Assembly (NCBI GenBank): GCA_034005145.1 | Contig: JAVEVH010000003.1 | Location: 1-53,656 of the forward strand | Reading direction: 5' to 3' | DNA length: 53,656 nt | Source of the DNA: Candidatus Dojkabacteria bacterium | GTDB taxonomy: Bacteria > Patescibacteriota > Dojkabacteria > SC72 | Part shown: piece after piece, positions 43,950 to 52,241 of the stretch | Layout of the letters: each line of letters starts with the position of its first letter | How positions within the stretch are numbered: position 1 is the first letter of the stretch | The notes under the pieces: generated by a model | The model's input: the letters and a program-made list of their open reading frames with translations, nothing else | The model's database searches: none | Told to the model about the DNA's origin: nothing | Position numbers and translations under genes: made by a program

Positions 43950-44792
43950 CTATGGGTTATAGCCTCGTAGGAAGGTCTCAAGTATCTTACCCTTACTAAC
44001 CATCTCTTGGGCATACTCTACTCCGATATATCTGTAGTGCCAACTCTCAAACTTATACCCTGTAGTTGGCTCGTATCCTTTTGGGTATGATATTACAAAA
44101 CCATACTTATATGCATTTTTTACTAACCATGCACTAGCCTTTGTATTAGCAAAAGAATCTCCTAGTGCATCCCCTATTTCATTACTACTAAAATCAATTA
44201 CAGTACCTAATTGATGTTGACTATGTCCTGGTCTAGCAGAGAATGTATCTACATAAGCTACATTATTATTATTTTTAGTTAACCAGTAGTTATATGTAGT
44301 TACCTGTGTTTGATATGATCTATATGCTGATACAATGCTTAAATCTATACCTGCAGCTTTAGAATCTGTAATCATATTCTTTAAATCATTGATAAGGATA
44401 TTTCTAAGGTAGTAGTTCTCTCCCCTTCTAATACCAGCATTACTTGCCTTAACTAAATCTTTTGGGGCATATGTACTTGGTAATTTATATGTCTTATTTA
44501 CCAATACTAATAGGTCATCACCACTTCTTTTAGTAGTAAATATCTCATCTGGATATTCCCACCAATTTTTACTTGTACTACTATTATCTTCCATTTTCTC
44601 TTCCTCCTTTTTAATTATTTCTTCTTGCACTTTTTCAATTACTGAAGTATCTTTAGGTTCTTTAAATACCCACTCCTGTTTCTCTTCCTCTTTATCATCT
44701 TCTTGTTGTGTACTTATTATCATATCAGCAGTTTTAGCAGGAAGAAAGAACATCAGTATTAATACGAGAGTATATAGTATGGTTTTCTTCAT
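43950..44792 (-). CDS. VanY/M15B family D,D-carboxypeptidase
   Basis: SAYRSYQTQ, GHSQHQLGTVIDF and ESWHYRYIG metal and catalytic blocks. Signal peptide from MKKTILYTLVLILMFF. The listed ORF reaches 44864, but the ATG at 44792 lies 7 nt after a TGTAAAAT box. Confidence 0.85.
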   Translation of the reverse strand: MKKTILYTLVLILMFFLPAKTADMIISTQQEDDKEEEKQEWVFKEPKDTSVIEKVQEEIIKKEEEKMEDNSSTSKNWWEYPDEIFTTKRSGDDLLVLVNKTYKLPSTYAPKDLVKASNAGIRRGENYYLRNILINDLKNMITDSKAAGIDLSIVSAYRSYQTQVTTYNYWLTKNNNNVAYVDTFSARPGHSQHQLGTVIDFSSNEIGDALGDSFANTKASAWLVKNAYKYGFVISYPKGYEPTTGYKFESWHYRYIGVEYAQEMVSKGKILETFLRGYNP

Positions 44793-44924
44793 AGGGTATA
44801 TTTTACAAGATTTTGGTATAGGTATATAGGTTAGGAAATATATTATTAGGTGTGCTATATTCAAGAAATCAAATTCCCGCTATCTTGTCTTCACAATATA
44901 TTTAAATTTTTAAAATATATTATT

Positions 44925-45218
44925 ATGTCTTTAACAAAACAAGATTTAAAAAACATAGGAAGTTTGTTTGTAAATAGGTTTGATGACATTGAGGAAAAAT
45001 TTCTAGAAATAGAAAGAAGAGATACATCACATGAACTTACCTTTATGAAGATGTTTAAAAGGTTTGATAATTTAGAATCTATGATTACTAAGGCTCATAT
45101 AAGAGAAAACAAAAATAGGGATAGATTGGATAAGGTAGAAATGGATGTAGATGATTTAAGAAGGAGTATTTTTGATTACAATGATGGTAGTTTTAAAACA
45201 AAAGCTTCAAAGGGTTAG
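44925..45218 (+). CDS. small coiled-coil hypothetical protein (97 aa)
   Basis: ATG at 44925, 8 nt after TAAAAT (44911..44916). Shares a D(L/I)..(I/L)..L...F..IE(E/K)(K/Q)(F/L).E..R pattern with 46011..46235. Confidence 0.5.
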   Translation: MSLTKQDLKNIGSLFVNRFDDIEEKFLEIERRDTSHELTFMKMFKRFDNLESMITKAHIRENKNRDRLDKVEMDVDDLRRSIFDYNDGSFKTKASKG

Positions 45219-45853
45219 TTTACCCTATTTGCATACCTAAAGATTCTTACAGGGGAATTGAAATATTTACATGTATAGAGGATTAGATCTGCGCTGTAGT
45301 CAGAGATATATGTACTCTCCTGCGAATTATATATTTCATATATATACTCTCTTTGATTCCAATATATACTTACCCTATCTCCTTTAACTGTTTTAGGTAG
45401 ATTGTAAAAAGATATCTTATTTCTAAAATCTGTACTCCAACTTGTATATCCAAATCTATGTGCAGCTAATATTATTGGTAACTGATCTTTTTCAGGAGTA
45501 CCGTAATCATTTACTATCCATGTACCCTTTAGGAGTGCTTTTTTGTAATCCTTACTATCTGATATGGGGGAATTTACCTTAATACTAGGTATTAATACAA
45601 AATACCCTTCGGGTAAATCTGGATTAAATGGGGGTATATTACTCTTCTCTTCAGGTTCTTTCTCCTCTACTTTCTCTTGTACTACCTCTTTAGCAATCTT
45701 TTCTACATCCTTATCTACCTCATCAGGATTTAATCTATACCAAATATATGGGGCTGTTGGTATAGCGAGTAGGATGATAGTAATAAGGATAAAGGTAAAA
45801 CCCATTAGAGTATAGGTATTAAGGAGTTTATTAATCTTTTCCTTTCTATTCAT
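45215..45853 (-). CDS. sortase family transpeptidase
   Basis: N-terminal TM helix. His in ILAAHRF, Cys in DLILYTC, Arg in VRIFRYA. The listed ORF reaches 45901. MNRKEKINKLL at 45853 is the likelier start. Confidence 0.8.
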   Translation of the reverse strand: MNRKEKINKLLNTYTLMGFTFILITIILLAIPTAPYIWYRLNPDEVDKDVEKIAKEVVQEKVEEKEPEEKSNIPPFNPDLPEGYFVLIPSIKVNSPISDSKDYKKALLKGTWIVNDYGTPEKDQLPIILAAHRFGYTSWSTDFRNKISFYNLPKTVKGDRVSIYWNQREYIYEIYNSQESTYISDYSADLILYTCKYFNSPVRIFRYANRVN

Positions 45854-46010
45854 ATATATACACATTATCACATATATATATTTTTTAGAAAATATCTCCA
45901 TTAAAATTATAACAGGGGGATGTATAGTTTAAGATATACAAGTTTTAGATATTGGATAAAGGGTCAGGAAATATATATTTGAGTGTGTCACAATATATTA
46001 TTAAATTGTA

Positions 46011-46235
46011 ATGGATATATATATGGTAAGAAAAACAGATGATATACAGCAATTGAAGGTACTTTTAGAGATACAGTTTAAGAGTATTGAAAAACAGCTT
46101 AAGGAGTATGATAGGAATATTTTAAAGGTATTAAAAAAACTTAATACACAAAAGAAATACTCTAATATGAATCAGTATACTGAAGATGTAGAGATTAAGG
46201 TAAGGTCATATATGGATGGAGATATGAGGGTATGA
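46011..46235 (+). CDS. small coiled-coil hypothetical protein (74 aa)
   Basis: ORF in an otherwise empty spacer. It resembles 44925..45218 in its N-terminal helix pattern. Confidence 0.45.
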   Translation: MDIYMVRKTDDIQQLKVLLEIQFKSIEKQLKEYDRNILKVLKKLNTQKKYSNMNQYTEDVEIKVRSYMDGDMRV

Positions 46236-46253
46236 ATAGGTAGTGTGTTTGTG

Positions 46254-46294
46254 CTAGGTCTGATAAGGAGATTTTGTCTGAATATCAGACCTAG
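46254..46294. other. 12-bp perfect inverted repeat hairpin between convergent small genes
   Basis: CTAGGTCTGATA-17 nt-TATCAGACCTAG. An alternative inner hairpin GTCTGA-ata-TCAGAC (46276..46290) competes for the right arm. Confidence 0.5.
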
Positions 46295-46304
46295 TATGTG
46301 AAGA

Positions 46305-46421
46305 TTAGAAGTGGAAAATGATTTTTAATATTACTAAAACAATAATAGATGCAATAAACATTGTAGCGATAGTTTCCCAACCCTCTTTTTCTTCTTTTGA
46401 AAAAGGCTTAACATCTTTCAT
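46305..46421 (-). CDS. 38-aa single-pass membrane peptide
   Basis: GGAGGAAGAGAA precedes the ATG at 46421 (a strong SD). MKDVKPFSKEEKEGWE is followed by one TM helix. The listed ORF extends to 46490 without support. Confidence 0.4.
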   Translation of the reverse strand: MKDVKPFSKEEKEGWETIATMFIASIIVLVILKIIFHF

Positions 46422-46543
46422 TTCTCTTCCTCCTATCTGAGATATTTTAAGTATCAGGTTGATACCTAATTCTATCTCAGATATGCACACTACCTATTTA
46501 GTATGTAAATGATGGAAAATCGTTATTACATACATTTAAAAAG

Positions 46544-46565
46544 AACCGCAGATTATACTGCGGTT
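46544..46565 (-). terminator. rho-independent terminator of gyrA
   Basis: AACCGCAG-attata-CTGCGGTT stem, 29 nt after the gyrA stop. It is followed on the - strand by TTCTTTTT. Confidence 0.75.
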
Positions 46566-46593
46566 TCTTTATATATACAATGGGATGAGATAT

Positions 46594-49404
46594 TTAGAGT
46601 ATAGCCATTGTAGCTACTCTATCTCCTTCTCCAATATTCATAATCTTTACTCCACTTGTTTGTCTTCCTAATGTTGGTATAGCGTCTATAGATGAACGTA
46701 TTACTTTTGATTTCTCAGATATTACCACTATCTCTGCTTTAGGATGATCTAATATCCTTGCTACAGCTATCTTACCTGTCTTTTTAGTTACTCTAAAGGT
46801 AAATATGCCTGTACCACCTCTTTTCTGTTTCGTATATTCAGAAAGTTTAGACATTTTTCCATATCCATACTCTGATAGTGTAAATATCCTGTTCTCATTC
46901 GTTCTTACTACTCCCATACCTACTATAAAGTCAGTATCTGATTTAAACTTCATAGCTGTAACACCCCTAGTACTTCTACCAAGTGGTCTAACATCTTTTT
47001 CAGAGAATCTAATAGATTTACCATCTTGTGTAACAAGTATTACCTCATCATCCCCTGTTGTTGGTTTTACCCATATTAATTCATCATTTACCTCTAATTT
47101 AATAGCGGTTAATCCATTAGCTCTAATCTTTGAGAATTCATTTAAATCAGTCTTTTTAACAATACCTCCCTTAGTTACCATTAAGAAATATTTAAAATCT
47201 CTCTTTTTAACTATACCCTGTGTATCTTGTCCCTCTTGTATTTCTTCTGAACCCATTATCCCACCCTTAGGATCTCTAGTTAAAATGGAAGTAATTACCT
47301 CATTCTGATCTAACTGTACCAAGTTTATCAAAGGAATACCCTTTGCTGTTCTACCGTACTCTGGTATTTCGAATATTCTTGTAGTAAATACCCTTCCCTT
47401 ATTAGTAAAGAGTAATAACTCATCATGTGTATTACACAAAAGTACGTGCTCTATGAAGTCTCCCTCTTTAGTATCTCCTCCTGATATACCTTTTCCTCCT
47501 CTTTTTTGTGTTTGATATGTAGAAGGAGGAACTCTCTTAACATATCCAGAATGAGTGATGGTGATTAAGGTTTCTTCCTGTGCTATTAAATCCTCCTCTG
47601 ATATCTCATTTACCTTACCCTTTACCACCCTACTCTTTCTCTTATCTGCGTAGTTCTCTTTAATCTGGTCTAAATCTTTACTAATGATTTCCAAAATTTT
47701 ATCTTGGTTATCAAGTACAGCATTGTATTCAATAATTTTTTCCTTAGTTTCTTTGTAATCATTCTCTAATTTCATTCTTTCTAATGCGGCTAATCTTCTT
47801 AGTTGCATATCTAAGATTGCTTGAGCCTGTACCTCTGTAAACTTAAACTTATCCATTAAGTTTGTTTTAGCAGTCTCTTGAGTCTTTGATGCTCTAATAG
47901 TTGCTATTACTTCATCCAAAAAATCTAAAGCCTTAAGTAAGCCCTCTAATATATGTGCATGATATCTAGCCTCTGCTAAATCAAATTCATACCTTCTAAT
48001 TGTTACAGTAAGTCTAAATGAGAGGAAAAGCTCTAGCATTCTCTTAAGTGAGAGAGTTATTGGTTCCTGTTCTACTAATGCAATCATATTAGCATTAAAG
48101 GTCTTTTGCATTTCTGTATATTTAAACAGTTTGTTTAGAACTGTTTTAGGTTGTGCATCCTTTTTAAGAATAACTACAACTCTAATACCCTCTTTATTTG
48201 ACTCATCTCTAATATCTGCTATACCAGTAATTTTCTTATCTCTAACCAAATCAGCAATCTTCTCAATCATATATGCTTTGTTAACTTGGTAAGGGATTTC
48301 AGTTATTAAAATCTGGTATCTACCATTTTGACCCTCTACTATGGATGCTTGCGCTCTTTGCAAAATCTTACCTCTACCAGTAGCATATGCATTTAATATC
48401 TCATCCCTATCATATATAGTTCCTCCTGTAGGGAAATCTGGTCCAGGTACAATCTCTATTAACTCTTCTGGTGTTATCTCTGATTTAAAATCAGGGTAAA
48501 GAACCTCTCCACTCTCCCCCATCCTATCCAATATCTTTTGAATATCTTTTTCATATTCTAATGATTTAGTATCAACGTAATTCTCTACATATGTCTCTGG
48601 TTTAGAATTCAATGTCTGGGGTATTACCTCTTTAGACTCCTTTGCTTTTCGTAGTTCATTGTAAATTGCTACACCTTCCCACCTATTTTTACCTTTAATC
48701 ATTTCCTGAAGAGCATCTATTAACTCTCCAAGATTATGAGGAGGTATTTGTGTTGCCATACCTACAGCAATACCTTGACTACCGTTTGCTAAAAGATTTG
48801 GGAAAAGTGCAGGTAAAACAGTAGGCTCTAATCTAGTACCATCATAGTTAGGAAGAAATGTTACTGTACCCTTGTATAGATCCTTTAAAAGCTCAGGTGT
48901 AATCTTACCCATTCTAGCCTCTGTATATCTCATTGCTGCTGCTGGGTCTCCATCTATTGAACCGAAGTTACCCTGTCCTTCTACTAAAAGATATCTAGTA
49001 GAGAACTCTTGTGCTAATTTTACTAATGTAGGATATACAACACTCTCACCATGAGGATGGTAGTTACCAGAGGTATCTCCAGCTATCTTTGCACACTTTC
49101 TAAAGTGTGAAGATGGAGAAAGAGAAAGGTCGTTCATAGCGACTAAGATTCTTCTTTGAGAGGGCTTAAGACCATCCTTTACCTCAGGAAGAGCACGAGA
49201 GACGATAACGGACATAGAGTAATCTATATAGTTGGATTTCATCTCATCTACAATTGAACGAGGTGTTAACTCACCAGGTTTAAATGTAAGATCAAAATCC
49301 AAATCATTATCCTCTTGTAGTATGGTAGACTCTACTGAATCTTTATTCTCTACCTCTATACTCTCTTGTGCTTTAGTTATTACTTTTTTATCTATATCAG
49401 CCAT
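46594..49404 (-). CDS. gyrA: DNA gyrase subunit A (with N-terminal extension and an internal insertion)
   Basis: SVIVSRALPEVKDGLKPSQRRIL, active-site AAMRYTEARM, GPDFPTGG and C-terminal beta-pinwheel repeats. It is 936 aa. Confidence 0.95.
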   Translation of the reverse strand: MADIDKKVITKAQESIEVENKDSVESTILQEDNDLDFDLTFKPGELTPRSIVDEMKSNYIDYSMSVIVSRALPEVKDGLKPSQRRILVAMNDLSLSPSSHFRKCAKIAGDTSGNYHPHGESVVYPTLVKLAQEFSTRYLLVEGQGNFGSIDGDPAAAMRYTEARMGKITPELLKDLYKGTVTFLPNYDGTRLEPTVLPALFPNLLANGSQGIAVGMATQIPPHNLGELIDALQEMIKGKNRWEGVAIYNELRKAKESKEVIPQTLNSKPETYVENYVDTKSLEYEKDIQKILDRMGESGEVLYPDFKSEITPEELIEIVPGPDFPTGGTIYDRDEILNAYATGRGKILQRAQASIVEGQNGRYQILITEIPYQVNKAYMIEKIADLVRDKKITGIADIRDESNKEGIRVVVILKKDAQPKTVLNKLFKYTEMQKTFNANMIALVEQEPITLSLKRMLELFLSFRLTVTIRRYEFDLAEARYHAHILEGLLKALDFLDEVIATIRASKTQETAKTNLMDKFKFTEVQAQAILDMQLRRLAALERMKLENDYKETKEKIIEYNAVLDNQDKILEIISKDLDQIKENYADKRKSRVVKGKVNEISEEDLIAQEETLITITHSGYVKRVPPSTYQTQKRGGKGISGGDTKEGDFIEHVLLCNTHDELLLFTNKGRVFTTRIFEIPEYGRTAKGIPLINLVQLDQNEVITSILTRDPKGGIMGSEEIQEGQDTQGIVKKRDFKYFLMVTKGGIVKKTDLNEFSKIRANGLTAIKLEVNDELIWVKPTTGDDEVILVTQDGKSIRFSEKDVRPLGRSTRGVTAMKFKSDTDFIVGMGVVRTNENRIFTLSEYGYGKMSKLSEYTKQKRGGTGIFTFRVTKKTGKIAVARILDHPKAEIVVISEKSKVIRSSIDAIPTLGRQTSGVKIMNIGEGDRVATMAIL

Positions 49405-49422
49405 TAGTACTAGTTATGTATA

Positions 49423-49863
49423 TTAATATGTTTTACCTTCTAAGTCAGAAGATATTTCTGCTTTTTTAAATTCGTAATCTATTGCAAGCTTACTAAGCTC
49501 AGTAAATGTCTCCATATCTGTTTTATAGTCGGTAACTATATCTTCTTCCATTGGAGATACTGAAATATTCTCTAACTCCTCCTCTTGATCATAGATATGC
49601 AATTTTACAAGATTATCATAGCGATCTGTTGTTCCCTCTTTTAGTATTTTCTCAATTGCAACCTTTCCAGCAACGGTATTATTTTCAATTTCACTCTTTA
49701 TCTTCTCTTCCAAAGCCTTGTTTGATTGGTCTTTTACTAAGATTTCTAATATTGCGTAATATGAATTTGGAACCTCATAAAAAAATCTCTTATCAATTAA
49801 CTGTGTTAGATTCTCCTTGAATTCTGGAGATTTTCTCATCTCATCTCTTGTTGTTTCCATCAT
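49423..49863 (-). CDS. acidic hypothetical protein (146 aa) between gyrB and gyrA
   Basis: It starts 4 nt after the previous ORF's stop and ends 18 nt before the gyrA ATG. About 34 D/E against 20 K/R by my count. Confidence 0.65.
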   Translation of the reverse strand: MMETTRDEMRKSPEFKENLTQLIDKRFFYEVPNSYYAILEILVKDQSNKALEEKIKSEIENNTVAGKVAIEKILKEGTTDRYDNLVKLHIYDQEEELENISVSPMEEDIVTDYKTDMETFTELSKLAIDYEFKKAEISSDLEGKTY

Positions 49864-49867
49864 ATCT

Positions 49868-50233
49868 TTATACTAAACAATTTAAATCAGAATCCTCTTC
49901 ATCCAAAAGCTCATATGGATCTATAGAGGCTTCATAAATATCTTCGTTATCATCATCTATTGGAATAGTATGTACATTATTTTCTATATCTACTCCAGAG
50001 ACAATAGCGACTGTGTCTAGATCCTTTTGGAAAGAGATTAATCTTTGACCAAATTTAGACTGTATCTCTTGTGTAAACCTCTCCCCATCTATACCATATT
50101 TAAAGAAATCAATCCTTGAATCTATATTAGGGTAGTTTTGATACAGAGCAATTAGTAACATCTCTGTTACCTCCCCTATCTTTTCTTTATCAATCTTTTT
50201 TGTATTAAGATTTTCCATATCTTTATTAAACAT
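49868..50233 (-). CDS. strongly acidic hypothetical protein (121 aa) between gyrB and gyrA
   Basis: Its ATG overlaps the gyrB stop (ATGTTTAA at 50226..50233). About 28 D/E against 11 K/R. C-terminal IDDDNEDIYEASIDPYELLDEEDSD. Confidence 0.65.
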   Translation of the reverse strand: MFNKDMENLNTKKIDKEKIGEVTEMLLIALYQNYPNIDSRIDFFKYGIDGERFTQEIQSKFGQRLISFQKDLDTVAIVSGVDIENNVHTIPIDDDNEDIYEASIDPYELLDEEDSDLNCLV

Positions 50234-52151
50234 CTAAATTAGCTCTCTTGGCATACTTTTGTATAAATCTTCTTCTAGGAGGTACCTCTGCACCCATTAA
50301 CATTTCAAATACCTTCTCTGCTTCCTCTGCATCAGCTATATGTACCTGTTTAAGTGCTCTTGTTTCTGGATCCATTGTTGTATCCCAAAGCTGTTGAGGA
50401 TTCATTTCTCCTAATCCTTTAAATCTGTTAGCTAAGGGACTCTTACCTGCAGTTTTAGCTTTCTTAACAAAGGCATCCTTTTCGTTATCATTTAAGAAGT
50501 AGTATTTCTTTTTACCAATCTCTACTTTATGTAAAGGAGGTTGAGCTACATATACGTATCCTCCATCTATTAAGGGTTTAAAGAATCTAAAAAGTAAGGT
50601 TAGTACTAAGGTAGTAATATGTAAACCATCTACATCAGCGTCACTCATAATGATGATTTTATGATATCTCAACTTACTAATATCTAAGGTAGTACCTATT
50701 CCTACTCCTAGTGCTGTTGTAATATCTTTAAACTCATTATTACCAAGTACTCTATCTACTCTATATTTATGTGTATTGATAATTTTACCTCTTAAAGGTA
50801 GTACAGCTTGATTATGCCTATCTCTACCCTGCTTAGCACTACCACCTGCAGAGTCTCCCTCTACAATGTAGAGCTCTGAGTCAGCTGGGTTATTACTAAT
50901 ACAATCTGCTAGTTTACCAGGTAAGGTAGTACTCTCTAGCGCACTCTTTCTAATTACAGCATCTCTTGCAGCTTTAGCTGCTGCTTTAGCTTTGTAAGAA
51001 AGTATAGCTTTATCTATTATCGCTTTAGCCTCTTTAGGATGTTCATCAAAGTATATTAGTAATTCATCTCTAATTACCTTAGCTACAGCATTTTTTACCT
51101 CTGGGTTATTTAACTTTATCTTAGTCTGTCCTTCAAATTGAGGATTAGCAACCTTAACTGAAATTACTGCAGTTAACCCCTCTCTTACATCATCTCCATT
51201 TAATGTTGTAGTTAATCCCTTGAGTAACTCCGACTTTTGAGCATATGTATTAATTGCACTAGTAAGAGCTGTTCTAAACCCTGAAAGATGAGTACCACCC
51301 TCTGGATTTATTATGTTATTGGTATAGCATTTTACATTCTCATCCATACTGTTTGTATACTGTATGGCTGTTTCTACAATTATTTCATCCTGTTCTTTTC
51401 TAGTGTAAAAAGGTATAGGGTTGATTAATTTCTCATCTATGTTCATAAAGAGAACATATGACTTAATACCATCTTCAAAGTAAAGATCAAATATCTTAGG
51501 AGGCTTACCCGCCTCTACTCTTTCATCCATTATTGATATCTTTAAACCTGCTGTTAGGTATGCATGTTGTCTACATTTTTTAACAATTTCTTTAAAATCA
51601 AAACTAGTTTCTGAAAATATCTCATCATCAGGCATAAACCTATGCTCTGTACCATTAACCTCTCTTGTATTCCCTACCTTTTTTACAGGATATTGAGGAA
51701 TTCCCCTCCTATATTCCTGTTGATACTTCTCTTTATCTCTTACTACCGTAGTTATCATCCACTCTGATAGCGCATTGGTACATTTCATACCTACACCGTG
51801 TAAACCACCAGACACTTTATACGCACCCTCTTCAAACTTACCACCGGCATGGAGATTAGTCATAACTGTTTCAAGTGTAGATACCTTTGTTTGAGCATGT
51901 ATTTCTACAGGGATACCCCTACCATTATCTTTTATTGAGATAGAGCCATCCTTATACAAACTTACCCATATCCTATCACAGTATCCTGCTATAGCTTCAT
52001 CTACTGAGTTATCTAATATCTCTGTAAAAATATGGTGTAACCCTTCTCTATCGGTTGAACCAATGTACATAGCAGGTCTCTTTCTTACTGCTTCTAACCC
52101 TTGTAAAACTTGAATATTGGATGCACCGTATTCACTTTTATTCTTAACCAT
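50226..52151 (-). CDS. gyrB: DNA gyrase subunit B
   Basis: GLEAVRKRPAMYIG, ATPase block EILDNSVDEA, Toprim EGDSAGG and PLRGKIIN, then C-terminal RFKGLGEMNP. Confidence 0.95.
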   Translation of the reverse strand: MVKNKSEYGASNIQVLQGLEAVRKRPAMYIGSTDREGLHHIFTEILDNSVDEAIAGYCDRIWVSLYKDGSISIKDNGRGIPVEIHAQTKVSTLETVMTNLHAGGKFEEGAYKVSGGLHGVGMKCTNALSEWMITTVVRDKEKYQQEYRRGIPQYPVKKVGNTREVNGTEHRFMPDDEIFSETSFDFKEIVKKCRQHAYLTAGLKISIMDERVEAGKPPKIFDLYFEDGIKSYVLFMNIDEKLINPIPFYTRKEQDEIIVETAIQYTNSMDENVKCYTNNIINPEGGTHLSGFRTALTSAINTYAQKSELLKGLTTTLNGDDVREGLTAVISVKVANPQFEGQTKIKLNNPEVKNAVAKVIRDELLIYFDEHPKEAKAIIDKAILSYKAKAAAKAARDAVIRKSALESTTLPGKLADCISNNPADSELYIVEGDSAGGSAKQGRDRHNQAVLPLRGKIINTHKYRVDRVLGNNEFKDITTALGVGIGTTLDISKLRYHKIIIMSDADVDGLHITTLVLTLLFRFFKPLIDGGYVYVAQPPLHKVEIGKKKYYFLNDNEKDAFVKKAKTAGKSPLANRFKGLGEMNPQQLWDTTMDPETRALKQVHIADAEEAEKVFEMLMGAEVPPRRRFIQKYAKRANLDV

Positions 52152-52241
52152 TATGTATCTTCTTTAAATTAGTCTGTAATATGTTCTATTCAAAGTCCAG
52201 GTATATTCTATATATTATAGGGGGAAATGTTAAGAGCTAAG

